DNA of 64,000 bases from the human T2T-CHM13v2.0 reference genome, Homo sapiens, in assembly GCF_009914755.1 (NCBI RefSeq), contig NC_060927.1. One strand, given 5' to 3'. A program made the position numbers and the translations under genes. The notes beneath the pieces were generated by a model. It was given only the letters and a program-made list of their open reading frames with translations. It had not been told where the DNA came from and made no database searches. Positions 52,190 to 64,000 of this stretch are shown in pieces. Each line of letters starts with the position of its first letter. Positions within the stretch are counted from its first letter, which is position 1.

Positions 52190-53710
52190 TAGGTCAGGCC
52201 CTCATCATTTCTCACCTGGTTTACCTTGACACTTTCTAACTGGTCTCTCTGCCTTCACTTCTATCTCTTACTGTCCTGACTCCTCACTTTTGCCAGAGTG
52301 AACTTTTGAAAACGCAAAACCAACATATGTAAGTAAGTCAAACTACTCAATAACAAGAAAACAAATAATCCAATTAAAAATGAGCAAAGGACCTGAATAG
52401 ATGTTTCTCTAAAAGACATACAAATGTCTAACAGATATGTGGAAAAATGCTCAACATCACTAAGCATCAGGAAATTGCAAATCAAAACTGCAATGAGATA
52501 TAACCTCACACCTGTTAGAATGACTATGACAAAAATATGAAACATTAGTGTTTTCAGGGGTGTGGAGAAAAGGGAACCCTTGCCTACTGTTGGTGAAAGT
52601 GTAAATTAGTAGAGCCATATTGGAGAGTAGTATGGAGGTTTCTCAAAACACTAAAAATTGAATTACCATATGATTCAGCAATCCCACTATATAGCCAAAG
52701 GAGAGGAAATATGTATGTGAAAGGAAGATCTGCACTCCCACTTTTATTGCAGTGTTATTCACAATAGCCAAGATATTGAGTCAGCCTAAGTGTCTAGCAA
52801 CAGACAGCTGGATCAAAATGTGTTAAATATGCAATAGAATACTATTCAGCCTTAAAAAAAGAAGGAAATTTTGTAATTTGTGTCAACATAGAAGAATCTA
52901 GAGGACATTATGCTAAGTGAAATAAGCCAGTCACAGAAAGACAAATACCACATAATTTAATTTACATGTGGATTTGAAGAAGTTGAACTCATAGAACTAG
53001 AGAGTAGAAGGGCGATTAACAGAGGCTGAGGAGGTAGGGTGGACAGGGAAAGGAGGGATGCTGGACAGAGTTCAAAGTTTCACTTAGGAAGAATAAATTC
53101 TGGTAATTTGTTGCACAGCATGGTGGCTATAGTTAATAATAATATATTTTACAAAATTGCTAAAACAGTGGATACTAAATGTTCTCACCACAAAGAAATG
53201 ATAAATATTTGAGGTGATGAATATGTCAATTAGCTGATTTGATCATTACACTAATTGTACATATATTGAAACATTACATGTAGCCCATAAATATATACAA
53301 TTATTTGTCAATTAAAAATATTAAGTTTTCCAAAAAAAAAAGGCAAAACCAAAAATATTCTCAGGCTTGTCATTTGATCCTACTTGTCTTTCTACATGTT
53401 TCTTATTTCCATTCACTCTGTGGCCAAGACAGGCTGAGTTTTTCACCTTTTAAACATTTCTGCCCTTGCCAGCTGAGAACTACACTCATCCTTCAAGGTT
53501 CAGCCCAGTCTCCATCCTCTTGGGGAAGTCTTTCAGAATATCCACACACAGACTTAAGATGCATCAGCTTGGCTCCCAAGGTGCCTTGTACATATCTTTA
53601 TTAAAGTTCTAATCATACTTTTGCTTTGGCTCATGTTTGAGTCCCCCCCAAGAGACTCTACTGCCTCCTGTTCATCATTGTATCTTCAGCACATGAATGA
53701 ATGGAAAGAT
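52190..53710 (+). mobile_element. L2 split by the L1 at 52330-53340
   Basis: tcaggccctcatcatttctcacctgg...gccagagtgaactttt before the L1; tcatccttcaaggttcagccc...tgaatgaatg after it. Confidence 0.65.
52330..53340 (+). mobile_element. L1MA4/5-like 3' portion
   Basis: End of ORF2 plus 3' UTR (gttctcaccacaaagaaatgataaatatttgaggtgatg); TSD-like aaaa(c/g)gcaaaaccaa on both sides. Confidence 0.9.
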
Positions 53711-56459
53711 CACTGAATAGTGAATTACTGCTTGGTTGTTTTGCTTCCAGTAAATCAGAATGTATAATAATTTATATGAATTGACTGGATTGCAGTTCCT
53801 TTAAGCAATGGGGCATATTTAAGCCTTTTTTTTTCCTGCATGGAAATGAGAAAATGATTGTCATTTATTCCAAAGGTGCTTATAATTAATTGAGGAGCTG
53901 GTGAAAAGTTTAAAGCACACAAATGAAGAAAATCAGTTATGTTTTTTGGAAAGATTATCTGACAGTGCTGTTCAGTTTGAATCATGCCAGCCCTTACATC
54001 AGCTGGTGGCTCTTCAATCTCGTATATGTTTTGCTCTGGCTGGTGGGCTGCCGCCACAGCCGCCTTGCTGTTCTCTAGATTTCTCTTTTTGAACACGTCA
54101 GATTTAACGAACAATTAGACATTTCCCCAAACATCCCCATGCTGTCTCCACCTGAAATACCCTTTTCTGTACTTGGCTCTCATATGCTTCAGGTTCGTTT
54201 CACCTGTTACTTCTTGGGAAAGTTTTCTTGGACTTCTGTATATGGATAATTCCTCATTCTTGGGGCCTGTTGCATCCCTTTACCATGCTGTATCATGCAC
54301 ACTACTTGCTTGCCTGTCTCCTTGTGGGATTTTAATCCAATTGATGGAAAGAAATTCATTCCATGGTCTCCAAAGTCCGAGCCTAATGTTCCAAGTGGGT
54401 TTAAGTGGGTTCCTGAGCTTAGTGTCCCAAGTGGGTTTAGGTGTCTTAAGTGGGTTTCGTAAGTAATCTAAGGAAAGAATGAATGTGGGGAGATTAGATG
54501 TAAGGCCACTGGATAGGTAGGCAGTCTGGATGCTAAATAATTAGGGCTTGACTTTGGAGGCAATGAAAATGGATGGAGTGGAGGATGTGTTACAAAAGTA
54601 GCCCTTGACTGGATGTCACGAGTAAAGCAGAAGAGAACATCAAAAGTGGTGGAACCTGTTGGCTTGGTTCAGAAGACTGGATGTGCAAGGAGCAGAAATA
54701 CAAGGGGCAGGGGGATAATTTTAGGTAGAAACAGTGATTCTATAAAAGTTGAATTTAACAAAGGACTTAGTACTGTAAGCATTTAAGATAGCTTTGACGA
54801 TTTTCTACTATTGGAAGTTTCTTTCGTTTGTGGAACCTAAATTTCCAATATGTAATTTAAACTCAGTTTGATACAAAATTTTCTTCCTTTTAAATTTTAT
54901 TCTCCTGAATAAATGTGTTTGCTTTAAAGGGAGAAATAAATATTTGAAAAGAGTAAACAATTGAAAAATTAAAATATGAATAATTTACACGCTGTCAGTT
55001 ATTTTTTTGATTACTAAATTGTGTGTTCATTGAATGCTGATTATATTTAAATATCTCCTTCAGTGTTGCTAAGGGAAATACACTTTCTTAGCTGACTTTT
55101 GTGTATAGACTTAATTTTTGCGTATATTGTGTATATTGTTCCCAGTTTATTTTTTAAAGAATGATAACTATTATTTTTCACAAACACATTCATTTTTGAA
55201 TAAAAATGCAAAAATCGGACATTCAAAAAGAAAAAAATTGCCTAAAATTCCACTGCCCTGTTTTTAACATTTATAAACACAACTCTAGATATTTCTTTAT
55301 TAATATACATATGGAGTACATATAGTTGGGGGAGAGAGAGAGAGAAAACATAATTATCAAGATTGGAATTATAAGGCACATGCTATTTTTATTGAACATA
55401 TTAAACATAATCCTTCTTTAATTTAGCAGAGATAAATTTGCAGTGGAATTAAAAGAACCAGTGATCTCATAATTCTCACAGTTGCTTAGATCAAGTTTTG
55501 TATTTAAATGAATTTAATGTTAACCACCAGTCCTCATTTTATGTTTCTTCTTTCTTCCTATTGTTTATATTTTGATATGTCTGTTTGCTAGCAGAATTTT
55601 ATCCTCTAGTACTCTATTCAAGCAAGGCCCGGAAGTGCTGGCTTTTCTAAGTTATTGCATACTAAACAATGTATGTTTGTTGCTTTTAAACTTTATACTT
55701 GAAGGACTACTTGTCAGTTATTTTTTCCTCAGATCACTGGGACCAGTTGTCTACTGCTTTCTGGCTTTGATAGTATTGCTTTGCATAAATCTAAAATTAA
55801 CTCTTTTTTTCTATTTAAATGACAGCTTGATATTTCCTTTTTAACTCTGTGTTGCAAACTATCACACACATATAGAAAATCTGCAAAGAACAAAACAAGC
55901 ACCTATGTATGCCTCGCCTAGGTCAAGAAACAGCGCATTGCCTGCACTCTCCACTGACTTCTCAGGACTTGCAAAATCCCCACACCAAAAGTGGCTTCTC
56001 ATGGAGGGCTCACCTTACATCTTTGACTTTTCCTAGTTCTTGTGATTGCAATTCTTTACTACCTTATTTGCTTTTCAGTGTCTTCCAGCATGTTTTTAAA
56101 AAAGGGGGTTTTCCAGCTTTTCTACTAGCTATCTTCAGTGGGAATGTTGTTCTGAATTATATAATTCACCATTACCGGAAGCTGAACTTCCCAAGGTGGT
56201 TTGTTAACATTGAATTTCAGTGACTTTGGTAGGATCTAATTACAATGCTTATTATTGTTTACCTTTTTTTTTTTTAATTGAGGAAAGGGCAGGTCACTAC
56301 CCTTTTCATCTACAAATTTAATTCTTTATGTCTGAAAAAGTTTCTGTATTTTAATAATTGAATTTATATATCATTTGTTCATCAAGAACAATTTTGTGTG
56401 GGATGAATTTCTCTTATCTTCTATATCCATCACCGTCTCTATAACCAGCTACAAAAATC

Positions 56460-57125
56460 AAAATGTTATTGAAGTACTATATTCATACAGAAAAGTGCTC
56501 AAATTTTAAGTGTGTAGCTTGATGACTCGTCACCAGCTGAGCATATTCATGTAAGCAATACTCAGTTTAAAAAATTCAACCTTATTAGATTTCCAAAAGT
56601 CTCTCTTGTGTCCACAAATATTCAGTCTCTTAATACCAGAGATTAGTTATGCTTGATTTTGAACTTTGTATAAATGGCATTATGTTATGTAATCTTTTGT
56701 TTCAAACTTACTTTACTCAATGATACATAAATAAGTTTTATCCATGTTGCTATGGGTAGTTGTTTATTCATTATTATTACTGCATAGTATTCCATTGTGT
56801 GATTATATTACAATTTATTAGCCTCTTTTTAATGGACTTTGGAGGGTTTTCAGTTTTTGACAGTTACAAATAATGATGTTCTGAACAGTCTAGTACGTGC
56901 CTTTTGGTGAACATGTTTATACGTTTCTTCTGTATACTTTCCTAAGAGTGGAATTGCTAGGTCATAGAATAAGCACTTGCTCAACTTTAGTAGATATCAC
57001 GAAACAGTTTTCCAAAATGGTTGTACCAATATACACTACCACTAGCAGCATATGCTATGAAAGTTCCAGTTTTTCCACATTGCTACACTCACTTAGTATT
57101 GTCTTTTTCATTTTAGCCACTCTGA
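56460..57125 (-). mobile_element. L1ME-like 3' region
   Basis: catacagaaaagtgc...tagtattccattgtgtga...gagtggaattgctaggtcatag...ttttccaaaatggttgtaccaat. Confidence 0.78.
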
Positions 57126-59562
57126 TAGATAGTTTTTAAATAAACTACATTCATTTCTTTTCCATTTGTATTCTAAATTTCCAATGGCTTCAGTTCTGCA
57201 TCTTTCAGATTTCTCTTTTCTGGGTCTCAGTCCTTTCATTTCTAAATTAACTATATTATCCTGAATGTTGGAATTGTGGCAAACAAGTTCCTAGGCTGCT
57301 TATTTTCCTTTTTCACTGTACATCTAAAATTCTCTCTATAGGTTTCTGAAATAGCTGTTTTTTGGCAATTAAATATCACAATGCAAATTATCTTCCAAGG
57401 AAGCCTCACCTTAAATTTCCTGATTTCTTTTTCAAGACAACCTGGGGAAAGATGGCAAGCAGCTGTAGCTTGACAGAGTGCTGGCATTTTGTCTGATCAG
57501 TCTAGATATACTGATCATCTAGTGTTGTTAAAGAAACTTTAAGTGAGCCACTTTCTTTGATTAAAATTTGAACTGAAAAAATTGCTTGTAAGAGCAGAGC
57601 CTCAATGCTGGGATTTGAATCCACACTGTTGCAAATGCCTCTCATTTCCTTTCTATGTCTTATAACATTCAGCACTTTGATTTCCTGAATACTATGGTGC
57701 AACAGAGCTGTGCGGTGTCATTTTATACCTTCTTGGTAACTTTTACTGAGGAGTTGTACAAACAAAACAAAACCAAGCTATAGAGAGACCCCATTTCAGG
57801 CTGCAAAAACCTGTCTGATGATTATCCTACAGTTCCTTCTCAAACAGGAAGAATGCCTCCAAAAAGCAAGCAATCAATCCACTCTGAGGCATACCCCTAG
57901 AGTTGCACAATATCAGGAGATTGCTGCTTGATTGATCTTTGGCTGAAGATAGCTCTGGCTGTTTATATTTTCTGCATTTATGTTTATTAATTTCAGAGCT
58001 CACTCATTGTTGGTGCTGCTGCTGATCATAATAACCAACGTAAGAAAAACATACTGACTTTTTGTTTTTCCCTTCTTCCCCATTTTTCAAAGCAAAATTT
58101 ATGTAGTGGTCTCATTCATGCCTGAAACAAGTAATATTAATGACTTTAGTGACATAAGGCTTCATTCACGGAAGATTCCCTACTGAGGTAATTCTGAGTG
58201 ATGTGCTTTAATAATGAGGAGAGTCCAGATTAGAAATTCTCATTATCTTATGCTCTGTGTGAAAACATGTCTCACCATCCAAGACCAGAGAGAAGGTAAA
58301 ACTTTCCATTAATCATTCCAGTTACATGAATTCTAGTTACACTTTAATTTGACCTAGCTATATTTGCCCTATCTAAGCCCCTTAGTTGAGATGGAGAAAT
58401 AGATTCCATGAGAAGATTAATATATTTATTGTAGACGTGTGGATTCACGGCATCTCAGTTGGAGGAACATTGAGGCTAAAGTATTTATATCCTCCACATA
58501 ACATGTGAAATTTCTCCTTGAAGCATCTGTGCTAAATACCTATATGAAGATTTCTGACAAATCTTAGAGACCTGAATCAGCATCCTCTCTTGAAACTCCT
58601 TGGAAGTGGAAATTGAGAGATCTTGGCCTTATTAACCTGGCACTCTAACTAGCCACAGCTGGCAGAGTGGATGGTAGAAACCACCAGGAACATTACTATC
58701 TAGGTAAAGCATGATCATGCAAAGTGAAGAGACATTATGCAAAGAATGACAGAAAATACTTGCAAATACCTATCTGACAAGGGATTAATAACCAGAATAT
58801 ATAAGGAGCTCAAACAACTCTATAGGAAAAAATCTAATAACCTGATAAAAATATGGGCAAAATATTTGAATAGACATTTCTCAAAAGAAGACCTACAAAG
58901 GGAAAATAGGCATATGAAAAAGTGCTCAACATCATTAATCAGAGAATCATTGATCATCAGAGAAATGAAAATCAAAACTACAATGAAATACAATGAGATA
59001 TCATCTCACACCAGTTATAACAAAATGACTTCTATCCCCAAAAGACAGGCAATGACACATCCTGGCAAAGATATGGAGAAGAGGGAACCCTCATATGCTA
59101 TTGGTAGGAATGTAAATTAGTACAATCACTATGGAGAACAGTTTGGAGTTTCCTCAAAAAACTAAAAATTGAGCTACCATATGATCCAGTAATCCCACTG
59201 CTGCGTATATACCCAGAAGAAAGGAAATCAGTATATCAAAGACTTATCTGCACTCCCATGTTTTTTGCAGCTCTGTTCACAGTAGCCAAGATTTGGAAGC
59301 AACCTAAGTGTCCATCAGCGGATGAATAGAGAAAGAAAATGTGGTACTTATACACAATGGAGTACTGTTCAGCCACAAATAAGAATGAGATCCAGTCATT
59401 TGCAACAACTGGAAGGAAGTGGAGATCATTATGTTAAGTGAAAAAAAGCCAGGCAGAGAAAGAAAAACATGGCATATTCTGAAACATCACATGTTCTCAG
59501 TTATTTGTGGGTTCTAAAAATCAAATCAATTGAACTCATGGAGATAGAGAGTAGAAGGATGG

Positions 59563-59931
59563 TGATATCCCTTGGCTGTGTCCCCACCCAAATCTCATCC
59601 TGAATTGTAGTTCCCATCATCCCCATGTGTCATGGGAAGTGCCCAGTGGGAGACAATTGAATCGTGGGGGTGGTTTCTTTCATGCTATTCTTGTGATAGT
59701 AAGTTCTCACAAGATCTGATGTTTTTATACGGGCTTTTCTTCCTTTTGCTTGGCACTTCTCCTTGCTGCCGCCACATGAAGAAGGATGTGTTTGCTTCCC
59801 TGTCTGCCATGATTATAGGTTTCCTGAGACCTCTTCAGCCATGCTGAACTGCAAGTCAATTAAACCTCTTTCCTTTATAAATTTCCCAGTCTCGGGCATC
59901 TTCATTAGCAGCATGAGAACGGACCAATACA
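59563..59931 (+). mobile_element. THE1 (THE1C-like) solo LTR
   Basis: TGATAT...ggctgtgtccccacccaaatctcat...AATACA; perfect 5-bp TSD GATGG at 59558-62 and 59932-36. Confidence 0.95.
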
Positions 59932-59948
59932 GATGGTTACCAGACGCT

Positions 59949-59978
59949 GGGAAGGGTAGGGGCGGGGCGGGGTGGGGG
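59949..59978 (+). other. Predicted G-quadruplex with GC-box motifs
   Basis: GGGAAGGGTAGGGGCGGGGCGGGGTGGGGG: six runs of 3 or more G with 1-2-nt loops. Confidence 0.75.
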
Positions 59979-62451
59979 CAGGTCTCGGGAGAGTTCGGAG
60001 TGATTAGTAGGTACAAAAACAGTGATGAGAAAGAATGAATAAGGCCTATTTGAGAGCACAACAGGGTGACTGTAGTCAATAATAATGTAATTGTATATTT
60101 AAAAATAACTAAACAAGTATAATTGGATTGTTTGTAACACAAAGGATAAATGCTTGAGGGGATGGATACTCTGTTCTCCATGATGTGATTATTATGCATT
60201 GCATCCCTGTATCAAAACATCTCATGTACCTCATAAATATATACACCTACTACGTGCCCACATAATCATGCATGTCTGCATGTTACACGAGAATCTTGGA
60301 ATCTGATCTTGGTGTTTCAAAACTGGGATTAAGCTGCATATTGGGATTGTCCGGTGCCTGGGGTTCAAGGAACCAGGGAAGGTTTGTGTAGCTCTGAACA
60401 GGCTCTGACTGCAGAAGAGGGATGATAACACAAACAAGAGGTAGCACATCAGGCTTTGTGTGAAACATTTGGCAATGTCATCAGTCTGCACTTTTGACAT
60501 GTGGGGTTGCTGCCTGTAGGTTCACCGGGAAAAGCACAAGAAAGTCTCTTTGGCTACTTCCCTGGAAAAACACAAGCTTTACTTACTCCAGGGCCTGCTA
60601 ACCAGGTAGCACTAGGAATGCACATCTGACTTCCCAATTCTTCCTGTTTTGTACATGTAGGTGTAAGGGGCCATAAAAATCTGCTCAAGGAGAAAGTAAT
60701 GCAGCTGAGCCTCTTTAATGGGTTGGTTTTTTGTGCTGTGATGAGACCTGCAGGGAACACCTGTGCCTCATTTATTCCTTATTTATCATATTTCTTGGTT
60801 TTCATGTTGACTACATTGTATATGTAATAAAACAATTAAGAAGGAGAGATTAGTATGTAAAGTAGTTCTGGATAGAGTATAGAATTGGGCTGCTAATAGC
60901 ATGATGCAGGTGAGATGGGCTAGCATCAATCTGTGTCCTCTTCTAGATCATCAGGATACTTGCCAACAAGGTCACAGTGGACTCCATGGAGCAACTGCCC
61001 TCAGGAGGCAACAGGTGTGTGAAGATGGCTCTTTACTTATGATGCTTCCTTCCCAAGATGCTCATTTACATCTGAAATGTATTTAAGCATTTTCCCCCCG
61101 ATACTGTATGATGATGGAGAAGGTGAGCTCAACCTGTAGGCCATAAAAAGTGGAAGGGAGGCTGCCCAAGAAAGATAAGAAAGATAAATACTTGTTAATA
61201 AAGATGATGAGCTGAACTCACTTTCAAAAACCTGTGTGATCATCCCAAGGCTGTATTAAAATGATTCTTCTTTTAACAGAGACATATTTTTATACCTTCC
61301 CAGGGAAAAAAATCATATAGTTCTTTAGGATCTATTTTCAATTTGAATAAATGAGTGGGGAGCAGGTGGATTCTGGCTCCTAGTCTCTCCACCCTCATGA
61401 GTCTTTCTCTGTGGGAAGGAGAGAGAATTTCTCAGTGGAATAGTGAATTCCAAAACAGCATGTTTCAGTGACACATTTCAGGAAGTCCAGATTTTACCTC
61501 TTCTTTTTGGCAGGGTATGGTTTTGCCACTCTCTCTAAAAGCACCTGATTGACTAAGCCCAGTCACCAGGATCCGGCAGCTGGCCAGGACCCTGCGTTGG
61601 GGAGGTCCTTTTGGGTCTTTGGCTCAGATGAATTAGCAGCTCAATTGAGCTAGCTGAGCGCAGTACTTGGAGAGGAGGGTTTTGCGGGGTTCAGGCAGTC
61701 CATAGTGGTAGCCAGCATGAGCCTTTAAACATGAAGAAATTATTTTGAGATCTTACATGAAGTTGACAGAAATATCACAACACTGTTACAAATTTGATTA
61801 TTCAAAGATCAGGCAATCTGTAATTGTTTCTTCAGATATTATCACTATCAACCTATATGCACAAGGATATGAAGCAAAATTCTGTAGCTCCTAGAGGGAT
61901 TATCCTGTCATTAAGCCTTGATTTCAAACTTTCATTTAAATTAGCCTTCACCTGTCTTTCTGAATCTCTTGAATTTGATTTGTCTCCCCTGTGCTGCCCA
62001 TATGCCTCTGTCTTCATAGGAAATATGATAGCTCATCATGTTTTATGGGATCTTGCTACCGCTGCTATGTGGGACTGTAACCCTTTGTAAAGAGTCGAGA
62101 AGCTAATGAACATGCTCTTGGAGATACTTAATCTTTTTTACTTAGTCCTTATTGGTCAGATGACTTTTCAGTCTCTTTGGTCATCTTTGGCTGCAGACCA
62201 CACACCCACTACATATATGCATGAACTCACCCACATGTGTGCACACATATACAATTGTATACAAACATGCATGCAGAGCATATATGCCCACAAACCATTT
62301 CCATTTTGATTTTAATTGATATTTCCCACACTTTGAAATTGTCTTGCAGGATAATGTGGTTGTAAGATGTTTAGGAACATGAAACGTGTGAAATGTAAAT
62401 GTGAAAACTATTAGAGTAACACGAAATTCAACTACATGAGTTTCCAGTAGG

Positions 62452-62658
62452 CACCTAAGTCCATTTTATGCTGCTCTAATAGAATACCTGATACTGAGCA
62501 ATTTATAAAGAATATAAATTTTTTCTCCAGTGTTCTGGAGGCCGAGATGTCCAAGATCAAAGGTGTGGCACTGGCAAGGGCCCTCTTGCTGCATATTCGC
62601 ATGGCAGAAGGTGAAGGATAAAAGGCGACAAATGTTGTGTCCTCACATGACAGAAAGG
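62452..62658 (-). mobile_element. MST-type MaLR LTR fragment
   Basis: agtccatttt.tgctgct.taa.agaatacc...aatttataaagaa...ttctggaggc...gtccaagatcaa. Confidence 0.75.
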
Positions 62659-62699
62659 ATTGATATAAAAAAGTAACATTTTATGAAAAAATATAAAAT

Positions 62700-64000
62700 G
62701 TTCAAGGGGGACAAAGTCTACATTGCTAATGGTAAAATCCAAATGAAAATAAACAATCACAAAACTTTAGCTAATGAATGACACAGGAATGTACAAAATA
62801 AAAAAAAATTGAAAAAGTCAGGATAATAAGATGCAATATTTTGTATACTAAGTAGATAACAGAATAAAGATAAATCAGCAATAGGATTAATGAGTTGTGT
62901 TTAATGGTTGTATTTGAATTATGTCCATCCAAGGAAGAAATAAAAGCACAAATGGAAATAATGTTTGAAAATAATAAAATAATAAATATTAGAGGTTTTT
63001 TGTATGTTTTTTAAAAAAGACTTAAGACCACTAAAATAGACAAAATCTCATAAACATGACCAGGGAAAGAAAAATAAATAACCATACAGTTTATTAGGAA
63101 TGATCAAGAAGATGCAACTAAATCATTATTTGTTTACATTTTAACACATTTAACAGAAAAAATAGAATTCTATGTCAATATATGCCAATATAGATAGACA
63201 TGAATGAAAGAATAATTTTAAAGGATAATACAAAAAACAATCAATCATAGAATAAGTAGGAAAAAAGCTGAATAGAGCTTGAAAGAAATTATTAAAAGTA
63301 TCTAAAAATAACCAGTGAAAAAATGATAGACCCATAAGGCTTTAGAAATGAGTTCTTTCAAACCATTATATAACACAAAATTTTTGTGCCAGTTGAAATA
63401 TTTGATAATAAAAGGTAAGTTTTCCCTCTTTCTTTTCTTATAATTGATTTAACTACAGGAAACTTAGATCGATTTCTTTTAGAAATGGAAATGAAAAATT
63501 CTAAACAAATGGTGACTGCATGAACTCTAGTATATTAAAGAAATTATGTGCTATGGCTAAGTAGGTTTTATTACAGAATTTTAATGATGGCTTATTAATA
63601 AAATATATGTATGTTATAATAATCCATTATGTTAGTAAGGGAAAACGTATGGCTATCTATTCATGATTAAAGTAAATTATAAGTAAAATAGGGCTAGAAG
63701 AGTAGTTTATACATGTAATAAAAATATATCTGACAAAGCACTTAGCATCATACTTGAAACGCAAACACTAGAGTCATGTTCTTTACAAGTCAAGATTGTC
63801 AAGATTGTCTGTTCTCCCTGCTACATCACAATTCATATACCGTATAATAAAGATAGCATTTCAAATCAATAGGATAAAACATAGATATTCAATAATATTG
63901 TTTGGAAAACTATGAATAATGAAAACACCAAGGAAACAAAATTAGGGAGGATTTGAAGCATTTATATAAGCATAACTCTCAAGTAGACAAAGGATGTAAT
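62700..64000 (+). mobile_element. Very old, degraded L1 (L1M/L1ME) sequence
   Basis: A-rich strand bias with decayed L1 ORF2-like motifs (gagttctttcaaacc, ggttttattacagaa, tctgacaaagcacttagcatcatactt). Confidence 0.5.

Larger units (their letters stand above)
58722..60265 (+). mobile_element. L1MA2-like 3' portion interrupted by THE1
   Basis: ORF 58737-59120 ([14 protein letters not shown]...NRHFSKED) is L1 ORF2; 3' UTR ttgtaacacaaaggataaatgcttgaggggatggatac. Confidence 0.92.

Noticed and set aside
58737-59120. 127-aa ORF with clear protein homology (likewise 43814-46598 and 52261-52545)
   Set aside because: These are fragments or antisense frames of dead L1 ORF2, not host genes.

Overview
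This is primate (human-like) nuclear DNA: AT-rich, CpG-poor, with Alu, THE1, LTR12 and L1PA elements. It reads as intergenic or deep-intronic. I find no intact protein-coding gene, RNA gene or CpG island, and I cannot name the locus from sequence alone. Much of the window is interspersed repeats: 7 Alus, several L1s (including an apparently near-full-length ~7.9 kb ancient L1M), L2/MIR, many solo LTRs (MLT1, LTR16, MER21, MER31/67, LTR47, LTR12, THE1, MST), MER5A and a MADE1. Nearly all ORFs in the track are chance or repeat-derived. The best leads are: (1) a very diverged uL30/RPL7-like coding fossil on the minus strand at ~42.6-43.0 kb that the ORF track misses; (2) a 30-bp VNTR with 13 evenly spaced AGGTCA half-sites; (3) a degenerate 16-17-bp tandem array at ~35.7 kb; (4) an intact solo LTR12 with four CCAAT boxes; (5) enhancer-like unique segments with palindromes or hairpins. 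I see no convincing novel multi-gene system. Repeat subfamily names are from recalled consensus sequences and boundaries of old repeats are approximate; RepeatMasker/Dfam should confirm them.
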